Below are positions 27,301 through 39,953 of a stretch of 64,000 nt of DNA, in pieces. The translations under genes and the position numbers were made by a program. The notes below the pieces were generated by a model. It was not told the origin of the DNA, did no database searches, and worked only from the letters and a program-made list of their open reading frames with translations. The stretch lies in the NCBI GenBank assembly GCA_040954595.2, contig CM082594.2, forward strand, positions 1,878,247 through 1,942,246. Reading direction: 5' to 3'. This DNA is from Balanoglossus misakiensis. Taxonomy: Eukaryota; Animalia; Hemichordata. Numbering within the stretch: position 1 is the stretch's first letter; each line of letters starts with the position of its first letter.

Positions 27301-27408
27301 AAAAAACCCCAACGAAACCAATAGGGCCCAAGCGCTGGCTTGCGCTTGGGCCCTAAAAACCCCAACGAAACCAATAGGGCCCAAGCGCTGGCTTGCGCTT
27401 GGGCCCTA
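21301..27408 (+). repeat. Tandem/nested array of four Helentron-like family B units (starts ~21301, 23055, 24506, 26131)
   Basis: Each starts ATTAAAGCTGCAAGCAGCATTGTCCGGGCCCAAGC and has (AAAG)n tails. The 53-54-bp terminal hairpin GGGCCCAAGCGC..GCGCTTGGGCCC occurs 1x, 0x, 3x and 3x. Confidence 0.75.
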
Positions 27409-29980
27409 AAGAAGAAATATTCCAACAATAACAATGGGGGCACAAGCCGCCTGAGGGCGCTTGTGCCCCCAATTATAGCATTCTAGATCCCAACAGTGTA
27501 GTAAACGCTCGCCGTAAAATGTCATTTTGAACAAAGTCCATAATGCCCATTTTGTCACTTTGACCTGAAATTTGAGGATGACCTTGACCTTGAACCCCAA
27601 AGTTCAATTTAGCAATCAAAAGCTCGCATCCGACAATACAAGTTTGAGTGTTTAAATTTTATCTAAAGCTTAATTGGTAGCAAAGATATAGCAAGTTTCT
27701 TATTTTGGGGAATTTCGCAAAATCTTCTATCCGTCGTTATGGTTACAGAATTTTAATATAAATTACAACCAAAGACGAAAATAGGCCTATTTTTCTTAAA
27801 GCTAATATTCCTTGCTACCTGATGACCAATTTACAGCCTCCTCGAGCAAACCGTTTTCCAGTAAATCAAAACTATGTATGACCGATATGCAAAAAATAGC
27901 AAAATTTTCACTTTGACCCCAAGTTTTGAAGATGAACTTGACCTCTGACCTTGTCGGTCTTGTAATAATTGGATAGCCCGTACCCTACTTCATAATACTG
28001 AATGTTTAAATTTTTTCTCTAGCTTTCTCAGAACCTGAAATATCTCATTTTAACTGTATGAGTACTCTTGCTATTCCTACCATTCATTTTGTTGTCATTA
28101 AAACAGCAGGTTTTGCATATTAAGTATATGTAAACAGCAAAACAAATTAAAATCTTTGTAAACAATACACATCTCTATCTGGAGATTAAATTATAGCATT
28201 CTAGACCCAAACAGTGTTTAGTAAACGCTCGCCGTAAAATGTCATTTTGAACAAAAATCCATAATGTCCATTTTGTCACTTTGACCTGAAATTTGAGGAT
28301 GACCTTGACCTTGAACCCCAAAGTTCAAGTTAGCAATGAAAAGATCGCACCCGACATTATAAGTTTGAGTGTTTAAATTTTATCTAAAGCTTAATTGGTA
28401 GCAAAGATATAGCAGGATTCTTATTTTTGTGATTTTCGCAAAATCTGCTATCCGTCGTTATGGTAACAGAATTTTAATATAACTTAATATCAAAGACGTG
28501 AATCAGCTTATTTTTCATAAACCTAATGTTCCATGCTACCTGATGACCAATTTACAGCCTCCTCGAGCAAACCGTTTTCCAGTAAATCGAAACTATGTAT
28601 GATCGATGTGCAAAAAATAGCGAAATTTTTACTTTGACCTCGCGTTTTGAAGATGAACTTGACCTCTGACCTTGTCGGTCATGTAATCATTGGATAGCCC
28701 GTCCCCTACTTTATAAGACCCAATGTTTAAATTTTTTCTCTAGCTTTCTCAGATCCTGAAATATATCATTTTTTAACTGTATGAGTACCCCTAAAATTAT
28801 GCTATCGTTACCATGACAACCGCTCCTCACGGCCACACCCACCATTAATATGAGTGCAAACAACCTGATTCTGACAGCTGGATAAATAGGCTTTCCAAAA
28901 ATATATGTCTGCAAAAATCCTCAGGGGGGGGGGGGGGGAGGGTTTCGGTCTCTGGCCCATGGACTATTTTTCCCGTGTAGGGTTAATACGGAATTTTAGA
29001 GGAATTAGCTTTGACCCCTCCTCCTCATACAATGGACAAAATAGCAAAAAAAAAACGAATACTAGTATTTTTAATATGATGTATTCATGTAGGTTTTGTT
29101 CTTGATCTATCAATATGGTATGACATTTCATAACATTTCTTTGGGTATCTACTATTTGTCATTTTTTTTAAAGTCTGACCCAACATTTTATACATCTTCT
29201 GGATAAAAGTCAGGTATTTTAAACAAATAAGATGTTTTACAACTTAGAAATACATTACAGTAATATAATTGTGGCTTGTTGTGTAAACTTTATTCTATAG
29301 ATTAATGAATATCTGTTAGCCACCACTGAAAATAAATGGCGACACTTTGTAGAGTGTCAAATAAATAGGCCTACAGCACCTTCCTGTTGTGTTGGTCCAT
29401 CCAAGCAGTTGTAAATTGTCATTCCGCAAAGGTGGTACTTTTTAATACTTAGAACATTTTTCTCACCCAAAGCTTCGTTTTGATTGATGACAGGTCAATA
29501 CCCTTCAAAACATATTTTTTCTTTGGGGACGTATTACCTGTTTGTGGACATACACACAGAGGGTATAATTCACGATCAGGCCATGTGATGACTGCTCACA
29601 GTTCATCAAAACACCGCAAAAATCGATGAAATGGTCGCTTTGATTTATATTAGCCACGAGTATGCACCATACTCGAATTACAATCGTTTGATGAGAGGCA
29701 AAAGAGTGGGCATTGCAATTCTGACTGCCTTAAATAGGCCTAATATAAATAGGTTTTCACTTTATGCTAGGGGGTCAAATCACATGATAATAATTGCATT
29801 CTGGGTAAAAGTAGATAACTCACTACAGTAAGAGATAGAAGAAATGATACGTTTGCTATATTTCGTGACTTTCTTTGGTCAAAAATGATTGTCTTCACAT
29901 TTTGTTATTTTTCTGTTACAAAGTTTCAGAATGACCCAGTATCACTTTATGTTTTGAACTTCCATTTCTTAAACATGATC

Positions 29981-32900
29981 TTAAACATGACCTTCGGTCT
30001 TACAACACAGGCCACGGTACAGCCCGACTGTTTTCATGCGTAGCAGAAACGCCCCGAAAATGAAACACCCTGCAAGGTATTGGCAACAATGAAAATGTAA
30101 TCCAAAACATCGGCCTGATAAAAGCCATCCACAAATCCAATAATCCACGTCAACCCCATAACGGTAGACATCTTGATAGAAAAGATTACATGTTGAGCCG
30201 TGTACGACGTGTGTCGGTGCCTTTTCATTTCTCTCTCCGATGCTAACATGGAGAACACGGTGTATATTAAGCAAACGACATTGAAAAGAACAATCAGGCG
30301 AACAGGGCCGAGGAACGTGACAATCAAAGGCGTCAGCCGACCGATCCAACATACAGGACCCTCACTGTAACCAACTCGGAAACCATACGGAGCAGTATGA
30401 TAGATCACTACACAGACTCCAAAGAAAACGAATGGTAGCAACCAGGCGTACAGACAGTAGTACACAAATATGTTGCCATTCCCCAAATCGGCGCGGGTCA
30501 GTTGTGTGCGCATGTGCACGATGTCAAATGCCATGACGCTCATCCAACAGAATGCCGCCAGCCAAATGTAGTGCGATACAATAGCAGCTGTTTTGCACAG
30601 CCAAGCAAACGTTGTCCAGTCCAAGACCGTGATAAACAAAACCTGCGCGATCAAAAGAGCTACGGCCAAATTTAGTATAATCTTTCCTGGACGAGTTCTC
30701 ATCTGTTTGAAAACAGAGATCGTGATGGCAGTGATCGAAAGACAGACTATGGACAGAATACAACCAACAAGAGTTAACAGCTGTTTCAGTCTTGTTTTTG
30801 ACTTCTGGTTCCAAAACGTAGTCATTCTTTTCTTGGACTGACACACGAAGGCTTGGGAACGGTCTTTCGATAGAACAAACTTTACCTTTGGATAAACCGA
30901 TGATTCAACTGAAAGAACGTCGTCGCTTACACGGAAGGTGCCTTCAGAAAATCTCAAAATCACTCCTGTACAACTCGTTATAAAATCATCAACGTTTCTG
31001 TTCGGAGATTTGCACATTGTGACCATTAGTTGTATATCTGGTGAGGCTGGACTTTTATGCGTGTAATGACTTGTTTTAGACACAAATAATTGGGAGCTGT
31101 AATTCCATGTTACTTTTGCCATTAGGTTTTCATTTACAGTCACGTTGGTGTACTCAAATTTGTGACTCTCAAATGTGACTTGTTCGATTCTGTTACCACA
31201 GACGGGGTTCAACATTTCAAAAGTGACCGACCTGACGACAAAGCCCGCCATCAGCAATTCTGAGCCGACTTGAGACCAGGTTGCCGCACAGGCTGCTGGG
31301 AGAAAATCACCGGTGAAATTGGACTCCACGCGAACAAGAACGGACAAAGTGACAAGTAAATCACCAAAATCCTCCGCTCTGTCACAATGGTAATGCGAGT
31401 TGGAAATGTTATGTGTGTAAATAACGGACAGATTTCGTATCAGTGACGTCACGGTTTCTTCGAGGTTGATGAAATCGCACCCGTCCACTTCCACCGATGG
31501 CAAAGAAACGCGGAAAGTTAACAAAATGGCGGGATGTCTCCCGTGAGCTGACGCTACAAAGAAGTCATTCAGCTCTGGCCGTTCTGATAAAGGATTCATT
31601 TTCAATTTCGTTATGTCAAAATTGTCGTAATCAAAGACGTGTCTCAAAATACATTTTCCTTGTAACATATCCAAGATTCGGCCATGTTCGCAGCTCCATT
31701 GCTCTTGAATTCTAATGATATCCATAGTATGCAGTCGATGTTCTCCCTGTGCGTTGAAGTCAAACAATATATCAAAGGCGGGAAATCGGGGATAGACTAT
31801 CCACTCAAGCGGCGGTAAACCGCATGTTACATAAGAAGGATTGATTGCAACGTCATTGCATATTGCACAATGAATGTTCTTGTAATACATAAATCCCCTA
31901 GCTCTCCCGCTTAATACTACGAATACCCCAACTACTGCTGAATAACGGTGACACAGCTCAACAATCGTGTCGTTGGGGAAATCAGCAGGGCAGGTGTCAA
32001 TGGGCCTGAAACATTCAGTTACACCATGCCGGAGATCGCCCTCGATAAACTGCCTCATTGAACAAAGTTCTGATGACATCAAGAAGGAGACGATAGAGGA
32101 AATATTAGTCGACAAAATTTCCATTGGCATATCTCTCGGGCATTCCCACTCTAACGACGAAAAGTGCAGGCTCGATTCATTCACACCATTACAAATAGCG
32201 CAGTTGATATTTTGGTACACCATTTCACCGACAGAGTCAATCACTGGAGTAATATCAAAAACGGACGCATCTGTAATGAAAACGTACAGAAGCTTATTGG
32301 GGCCAATTTCTAAAAAATAAAATAAAAATAAAAATCTCGTAATTACGAGTTTTTATTCTCGTAATTACAAGTTTTTAATCACGTAATTATGAGAATCTCG
32401 TAATTACGAGATTTTGTGGGGAATGATTTCTCAAGATACGGCCGCAGGTTTATTGCGTTAAACACACGCGCGTCACTTGAATAACAGCGCGTCACCCGTT
32501 TTTTTTCCTGTTTTGTGGTGGCGACCACGACTAACTCGAACTGCTTCAGCTAGATATAAATCACTGGACACCGTCGTTGGAGCGCGTGATCAGTGACTGC
32601 ATGAACAGTATACATGTGACAATATTGATAAAACTATAAAACTGACCCTCCTTCCACCCTTGACGGGGAAAAATTAAAATAAAAATTCGCGTCGCAGCAC
32701 CATTTTTTAAATAAAGGCCGGCCCAGAAACAATTCTGTATTTTGGTCGTACGTCGTTGGCAAGGCCCCTGAGTCGAACTCCCCCCCCCCCCAAAAAAAAA
32801 AAAAAACTAGTGTTACAAAACCCTTGTGTTTCAATTTTGCAACAACCTATAGTTCCTCGGCTTATTTCTCCCCACAGTATGGGCGTTGTATTGTCGAAGT

Positions 32901-34247
32901 CGGGGGCGCCAGGCAAAATTTATCTGGATAATCTTTGAAGCTCTCCCGTTCTTATTCAAATAATTTTATTGGGGAGATTCACGAAGTTCCATCACAGATT
33001 CAAATATAGACAATTAATTTTGTTCAATAACATGGCTAATCATGGCAGAAATTGAAACACACAGAAAAAAGAAATGCATAAATTTGGTATTAGTGCATAT
33101 GTGTAACTTTAAAAATCCAATGTCATCATAAACGGGCTTCATCTGTACATTTTTCCTGTTCCTGTTTGCAATGACAAACGCAACAGGTACCTTCGAATTT
33201 TGACTTATGCATGGTGTCAGTATTTCAGCGCGGTGAGGGCAACCTCACGATTTGCATCCTACACGAGGGATGGTAGTCTAGCATCCAGCCGTATTTCTCC
33301 ACTTTGCTGAGCGGGCAAAACAGGGCTAGAAACTAGACTAGAGGGATGGCGATCGTCTGGCTGCTTTCCGAAGTAGAACCGAAAAGGTCAAACTGACAAA
33401 GAGTGACACAAGTAAGATTGGTCTTACCACTGGCGGTTTCACACCGCTGACGGACATTCTCGTGTGGCCAGTCTCTGGGACATGTGTGCGTCGCCATGAC
33501 GTCATGCCTCCCACCAGTAGCGGGCATACAATATTCTGGCAGCCATATTTCATCCGGGTCAGGCACCTGTCTGCTGTCACCAAAGCATCTGTCTATGTAA
33601 TCGTGACAGTCTTCCCGCACTCAGCATTCAGGCTCACAGCTACACATTGTATTTTCATAGTCTCTCAGCTTCACGGTGGCGATGCCGTTGCAAACAAGGC
33701 CGCTCGGCGTGAGGCACGAGTCCATACGAAATCCCGTGCTTGGATAACGGCACTGCAATGACTGTGCATCTATGTTGTAATACACAGGAGGTGGAGTTGG
33801 CGCGGCTGTGCGGCGTGACGTCACTGGCGGGCGGGAACCTGTTACTGTTGACGGTGAGAAGGGACCCGACGTTGTCGTTACGGTGTTCGTTTCTTGAGAC
33901 TTTGGTTGAGCGGTTGTTGCCAAAGGTCTCACGTTGTCGAAAGAGGAGTCTTCAATCGTTGTCGACTGTAATGTTGGATGGATCGTCGCTAGATTTGAGG
34001 TTAGGCTGGGCCGGGATGTAGTGCTTCGTGGAGATATTGGCACGGTCTTCGTCTTGCTGGGGGTCTGTCGAGAGAGTTTTGTCAAAGGCGCGCTGCTCGT
34101 AAAATCCTGCTGTTTCCTGCTGGTCGTCATTACAGTGGATCTTGAGGACGTCGTTTCATAGCCCGTACCAGTTGCACGCGTCCATACCATCAACTGATCT
34201 CCGTTGATGATTAAAACCAAGCAGCAATAACACCAAACTGCCTTCAT
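29981..34247 (-). pseudogene. Family-B-like (adhesion/Methuselah-related) 7TM receptor with mucin, somatomedin-B-like and YxNxxCAxCN repeats; probably disabled
   Basis: Signal peptide and S/T-rich stalk (34247-33760); CSCEPEC*VREDCHDY; large exon from 32270 with YQNINCAICN and YKNIHCAICN; 7TM motifs HYIWLAAFCWM, AWLLP, CWI, MGLTW and NTLQG. There is a stop at 33621, a further stop at 33333 and a frameshift near 30063. Confidence 0.72.
30034..32270 (-). CDS. Large open exon of the 7TM receptor (ectodomain plus 7TM)
   Basis: 736-aa ORF; acceptor TTCATTACAG immediately upstream of 32270. Confidence 0.75.
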
Positions 34248-35742
34248 AATGAATGCGTCATTAAATCTGGAATAACACCCAGAAAGATTGATTTAAAAAA
34301 ATAAGACAAAATTGACTTTGATGATTTCTGAAGTAAAATTTGTCAGCCACATCACACCCCCGTCCAAAATCACACCACACCCGTAACGAATAAACAACCC
34401 GGTGTCCGTAATCGGCCACGCTATACATTAGAAGAGGCGTAAAACATATCAACGGAAGTAGCCAAAACTATGTGCAAACATAAACATATCATAACACCAA
34501 CTTAAACATTTTACTATTATGTTTGACTCTGTTCAGTTTCAGTTCTTACAGTTACAGTCACATTTGGTATTTTGTAACACAACTTCAGCGGTAAATAACG
34601 AGACGCCGTGCACATCGCCGGGCGCGACAATTCCATGCTGAGAAACGTCGTCGAATTTTCCAGCTTTGATTTGACACGTACGTAAATGCATTTTAGTGTG
34701 CATACATTTGCGTGCCAAGCAAAGTCCGCATGCAGTGTTGAACATATACTTACCACAATTGAGAACAAGTCTCTCGGACAGTCAGTTGCCTGATATACCT
34801 GAGTTAGTGGCTTGTTGATTGCTCCCACAAAATCTTCCCTCAAAATATTCGTAAGCTTTGGTGACAGATTCGATGTATATATATGTTGGTATATGATTAA
34901 AATGATTGGTCTCCAAGGTTGTGTTTTACGTATGCGCTTCCTAAGATATCGAACCAATAGAAATCACTGTCACCAACCATCGGCTAGCCAATAGAAATCG
35001 TTGTCACCAACTTTATAGTTACATAAATTCGTACAGCGCATGCGTAAAACTTTTGTTGACGGAAAATCAACAGGTAAAATGTCACTTCTACCGGTTATTC
35101 ATTTTGGCGATTTTTTCATTCTCGAGTCTACAAGTCGGATGGAAGTTGTGTGTTGTTGAACATTAATTCACTTTACATGTATATCCACATGTACGTTAGC
35201 ATAAACGGTGACTTGTATCAAATATAATTAATGAAAAAAGGGCAGCGAGGGAGAGACTTTGTCCCTTTAATCCTACATGCATTACAGGGATACCTCCAAC
35301 TCTATAGTCGACACCATTTTCAATGTGTTGTCTCAATGTTTTGTCTCAGCATTCTCAAAACTTAATGTAATAGATATATGAAAGTTTACATTTATTGAAT
35401 GTTTATGGTCAGTAATACAATCACAATAATCATCAAATGAAGCAACATGCCATCTTCATGAAATCACCAGTGTGTGCACGTGTACATCGGTAGCGTTTGG
35501 ATAACTTGTCCTAGAACATGGAGTAGTGGCGAGTTTGCATACGAAGATCATCTAGTACTGCATGTTAATGCCAATAAGCTAGGTGCCCTGTTTCTACAGA
35601 AACCAGACTCGCCGGTTTCGACGCAGTAAAGTTAAGTCAGTGAGTGTGCACGTGTACAACAAATTAGAGCCGGGATGTATTTGGAGGTTAATACAGACGA
35701 GTGATGAAGAGCAAAAGTGATTTTCTCCGCTGACGTGTTTAA

Positions 35743-36014
35743 GGGCCTGGTCAGAACTAACAGGGGGGGGGGGGACGTTAGATAAACCAGTCAATGATTG
35801 AAAGGTGTTGATGAATGAAGGGGGTGGGTGGAAAAAAAATGAATTATAAAGGGTTCTCAAAACATTTTCGGTGTCATCCTTGCACAAAAATTAGTGATCC
35901 TCCCCCTGACTCATGCCCAAAATGCAGCGGCCCTCCCCCAAACTGTTGCATGAAAAATGGTGACCCTCCCCCCAATCGCACCAGCCCCCCCCCCTGTTAA
36001 TTCTGACCAGTTCC
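35743..36014. mobile_element. PIF/Harbinger-like MITE
   Basis: TIR GGGCCTGGTCAGAACTAACAGGGGGG / CCCCCCTGTTAATTCTGACCAGTTCC, with TAA on both flanks (3-bp TSD). Confidence 0.7.
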
Positions 36015-37642
36015 TAATAATCACGTGAAGTAAAATTTACCGAGAGCGCGCATTGAAACGGCTTAGGGCTGAGAGATAAAAAATAATTTGTTTCGAAGGT
36101 GCACACGATTCAGACCCGAGGGTACTGGTCCATCTCTGGAAGAGATGTAATCACCATTTGTGAGAGTAATCAACCAAATGGGACAGTTCTTCTCCCAGCC
36201 TTGAATTTCCGAAAATCTCAACGGCTTTCTTCATTTTAAATGGAGGGTGTGGCCGGTTTCAAAGCGCGTCTGCTTTGAACTGGCTGCTGGTGGATCATCG
36301 TGGTGTTCCCGGAGGAAATTCTCGAGACTTGAATATACTTTCGAGTTTCCTGTATACGCAGATATTCATGCAAATTAGGGTTCATTTTCCTGTGGGGGAA
36401 AATGCACCGGCTGTCTAAGTAGCGTCATTTAAGCGATTACGGTGGCGAGAGGAGACTTTAATAGACATGGTGAGGCATCGATATTGTGACGTTTCATCGT
36501 GACGGCGTATACACCGCCCTGGGTGAACTGTCAGTTAATACAACTATCACAGTGTTGGCATATGAAACCTGTGCGGGTTAAAAATACGAAAAGTTCAACA
36601 TTTAGTATGTATAGAAACTGTACTGCTACTAAAGTCAACCATAGTTTTAAATGGAACATTTCTTTTTTTCGTTGAAACGAACAACGGAAGTCTGTTTCCG
36701 CCACACACGAAAATCACCCATTAATTTCAAGTATTTTTGGCTTTGCCATCTTTGCACTATCGCCTTGCAATGATTTTATCTACATCAGCGATGTAGTTTT
36801 TCTACCTGAAAATCGAAGAAAACTACATATTTCGGGGTCATCTGTTGGTACAAAAAGTTTTTTCATAATTTTCATGCATTAGGCCAGAGAGAATAAAAAT
36901 CTTGTTCATCGGATTTTTGGACCAAGTTCCAGGAGCGGCGAGCGAATATTTTTTTTAGGCTGAAGGTAAATGCGGTTCTCTGGCATATTTGCATAGATGC
37001 AGACAGGGCGAGATAATTGTTTCCCTTTTTACCGGAAATATCTCAGACAAAAACACTGATACATGTACTTGTAACTGAATTCAATACTATATTTCCCAAC
37101 AATAACATAGGCCATTACATTTACAGTTGGTGTTAATTTTCACAACATATTCTGGCCACCAGCGCCAGTACTAAGACTTTGGAACGCGGAAGTAGAATAT
37201 TTGCCTAGATCCAAATTTTTTTTTTCCAAATCAGCCAAAGTAGAAGCGGCGATTCCAATGAACAATTTATTTTTTCTTCCTGTCCTTACCTGTGTTTTTT
37301 TCTTTTTTTTTATCTTCCTATTAACCTTTGCGTGCTTAAATAAAGACACGCGATTTCAGTATTTTCGATATTGGAAGGGTATACCCACCATAATAGCCCA
37401 ACGACTCTGATATATAGAGTCGGAAATGATCACATCACAGCAGAAAAGCAGAGGAAGGTCGCCCGTGGTGGTCATTCATACATACATTTTGTGTAGTAAT
37501 TACTTATCTCAAGGTAACTCCCGTAATCCCCTTAGGACATAACCTCTTCTTGTCGAACACGTGATCCTGAAGTCATTGACCAATAGCACAGTGACTAAGC
37601 ACGTGATTCTGAAGTCATTGACCAACAATATCACAATGACTA

Positions 37643-37654
37643 CTCTCTCTCTCT

Positions 37655-37697
<43 letters not shown>

Positions 37698-37731
37698 CCT
37701 CCCTCCCTCACCCCACTCTCTCTCTCTCTCT
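37643..37731. repeat. (CT)n/CCCT microsatellite
   Basis: Direct reading. Confidence 0.9.
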
Positions 37732-37846
37732 GATGCAGGCGAGAGGGTCATTTAAGACATGTACAAAAGACTATTAATGTCATGAAAACCGCGCTTCTAT
37801 TACCGTCAACTGAATCCCACCACAAGATAAGTGCTCGATTGAAACA

Positions 37847-37961
37847 TGTATGTATGTATGTATGTATGTATGTATGTATGTATGTATGTATGTATGTATG
37901 TATGTATGTATGTATGTATGTATGTATGTATGTATGTATGTATGTATGTATGTATGTATGT
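37847..37961. repeat. (ATGT)n microsatellite
   Basis: Direct reading; it explains the YIHT and MYVC ORFs. Confidence 0.95.
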
Positions 37962-38781
37962 CTTGAAATTGAAGAAAGTACTCAGATTTTAGCATGGTTC
38001 TCACTCACATGAATGATGGCATCTGTGTTGACAGGTAGACCACAACATTGCGTGGTGGCTTGCTGGGAATAAACGTTGTCTCCTCTGAACAGTTGCCACA
38101 GATAAACAGGCCCACAGCAGATGAGTTGATTTCAGCAGGTGGCACTCCCCTTTTGAATGCTGGCATCTGTGTTGACAACGCGGATCCACTTCTCTGGCAT
38201 ATGTGTCAGCATCATGTTGCAGACAAGTTGTGTACTGTTTTTCTGGGTGAAGAAATGAAATTGACATCATTGGTAAATCTAAAACGGACTGGTTACTCCA
38301 CTGAAATTCAGCCTAAGTCTGTGTGATACGCAACTCTGACCAACTCAGCTCAGCTCACATGGCGCGTTGAATTAATCATTCGTTTGCCAGACGGCCTTAT
38401 TTGACCCCCCCCCCTGTTTACATGGCCTGTGAGGGCGTACTTTACGCGTTAATTTCTGGCAAGGCCTTCCAACCCTCAGTGGTGATCTCTTCACAGCTGT
38501 ATTATGCTAGCTGTTTTAAAAGAACAGTGTCTTCTAAAATAAATCTAGATTGTTCCTTATGAATAAAATCTCAACGAGACAAAACTCATTCAAAAGGGTT
38601 GTCTATAGGCTACTTTCAAATTGGACATTTCGTTAATACAGTCAGAAACAGTGTTAATTTTAAAATGTTTGGGCCGGCTGCATTGTCAATAACACTGAGA
38701 TTACCCACGCGCCGCAAATTATTGATGAAAGCGTTTCAACTGCAGGGTCACACAATACATATCAAATGAGAAGATGATTAC

Positions 38782-39171
38782 TCACCTTAGGCACCTGGGT
38801 TCGTGGTGACACTCCCCTTTTGGGGAGCGAAAGCACGTCTTTCGTGAAATGTTTTGGAGTCGTGTTTCCTGGACAATGTGCTCTGGGCGGATGCATAGCT
38901 TTTCGTTGCAAAGATGAGAACACTCCAACTGTCTGCCCACCAATTGCACCCCGTTAATTAGGAGTGCAATGTGCTGGACATAGGCGGTTAGAGTGTTCTC
39001 ATCTTTGAACGTAATTGAGCCATAGCCGTTACGACAAGCTGCACCCGTCCAGAGCACACAGTCGCCGGAAACGCGACTCCTTCTGGCGAGGATGCCGCTC
39101 AAACGCTCCTTGGCGTTAGCTGAGATGCCGTTGAGCTTGGCCGAAGTATAGAGCAAGTTGACTTCTGCCAA
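38782..39171 (-). CDS. His-Me finger (His-Cys box, I-PpoI-like) endonuclease domain, probably an exon
   Basis: CVLWTG...GYG; SHLCNEKLCIRPEHIVQETRLQNISRKTC..ECHHEPRC. No in-frame ATG; candidate acceptor TTGGCAG and donor GTGAGT. Confidence 0.8.
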   Translation of the reverse strand: MAEVNLLYTSAKLNGISANAKERLSGILARRSRVSGDCVLWTGAACRNGYGSITFKDENTLTAYVQHIALLINGVQLVGRQLECSHLCNEKLCIRPEHIVQETRLQNISRKTCFRSPKGECHHEPRCLR

Positions 39172-39945
39172 GCAAGATCAAATGACAGTGTTTACGCAAG
39201 ATGCCGTAAATCAGCGAAAAGGTGCGGCGAATGATGTGGGAGAGCGTCATATAATTGGCTATGTACTAGTCAAATTTGGGCTGACAAGATGCTGCCCACC
39301 AGGAGCTCGCGGCAAACGTCTAAAGCCTCTTTTAATGTGATCAATTTACACCCGTGACATAATTAATAGGTTTGGGTTTTCAGAAGTGTCTCTGCGTCAA
39401 AATGCCAAGCAAATAACATGTAAATTCATCATCGTTGGAAAACGAATATAACAGTCATATCTTTTAGACCATCCTCTGTTTATTAGCCCCCTATTGCAAT
39501 TAATTACCGTCCCTATCTTATATTGGAGGGAACGGGTTTGTCTTGGCATGTTATGCAAAACACTTGAAAGATGAATTTTTTTTTAAAAAAATGACGTTTA
39601 TGACATACAGATGTAATCGACCCCATAAGGTCCCAATGATATATATTTACATCATACACCAAATTGGACTTAAAAACCAAAAATTGAAAGCCGCTGGAGT
39701 TTCTGCGACTATGAACTCAACGTAAGCTGGACACTACTCACTCCGAGCCCGACCTGGTAATTTGTATGTTGTCCATCGAGCGCCTATAGCTTAGAGTTAT
39801 ACAGGAGAGAACGGTTTATGAAGTTATGTTCAACAAAAATATATGATCATGGAATTAAAGAATTTGGAGAAAAAAAATATAATTAAAAATGGACGTTTAC
39901 GACGACAAAAAGGAAGACTGTTTAATGCAAAAGTTAAGAAACAGG

Positions 39946-39950
39946 AAAAA
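39946..39950 (-). terminator. Pol III T5 terminator (repeated in each intact unit)
   Basis: GGCTT-GAA-TTTTT on the - strand. Confidence 0.7.
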
Positions 39951-39953
39951 TTC

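Larger units (their letters stand above)
17036..27471 (+). mobile_element. Helentron/HINE-like non-autonomous element, family A (interrupted twice)
   Basis: Starts AATTAAAGCTGCAAGCAGC..GGGGCACAAGC and ends in the hairpin GGGGGCACAAGC..GCTTGTGCCCCC. Internal GGTCAAAGGTCA tandem repeats and a microsatellite tail. Family assignment is by architecture only. Confidence 0.55.
13387..28966 (-). mobile_element. Academ-like DNA transposon (non-autonomous, with nested cargo), TIRs 13387-14842 and 27472-28966
   Basis: Near-identical long inverted repeats beginning TAGTCCATGGG and flanked by TTT on both sides. Each TIR is built from two ~720-bp subrepeats. Internal Academ-type transposase remnants are present. 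Confidence 0.8.

Noticed and set aside
25943-27410. Palindromic 53-54-bp repeats resembling a CRISPR array
   Set aside because: There are no unique spacers and no cas genes, and the context is eukaryotic. They are iterated transposon terminal hairpins.
20705-27600. Short ORFs (MAAILDFRK, MQISDLRNYK and similar)
   Set aside because: They derive from non-coding repeat units and their frames are not conserved between copies.
37509-38012. ORFs with ER/LS and YIHT/MYVC repeats
   Set aside because: Microsatellite translations.
38001-38326. Possible second exon of the His-Me gene (shares a 17-bp near-match encoding KGECH)
   Set aside because: No recognisable domain, and I could not establish a consistent spliced frame.
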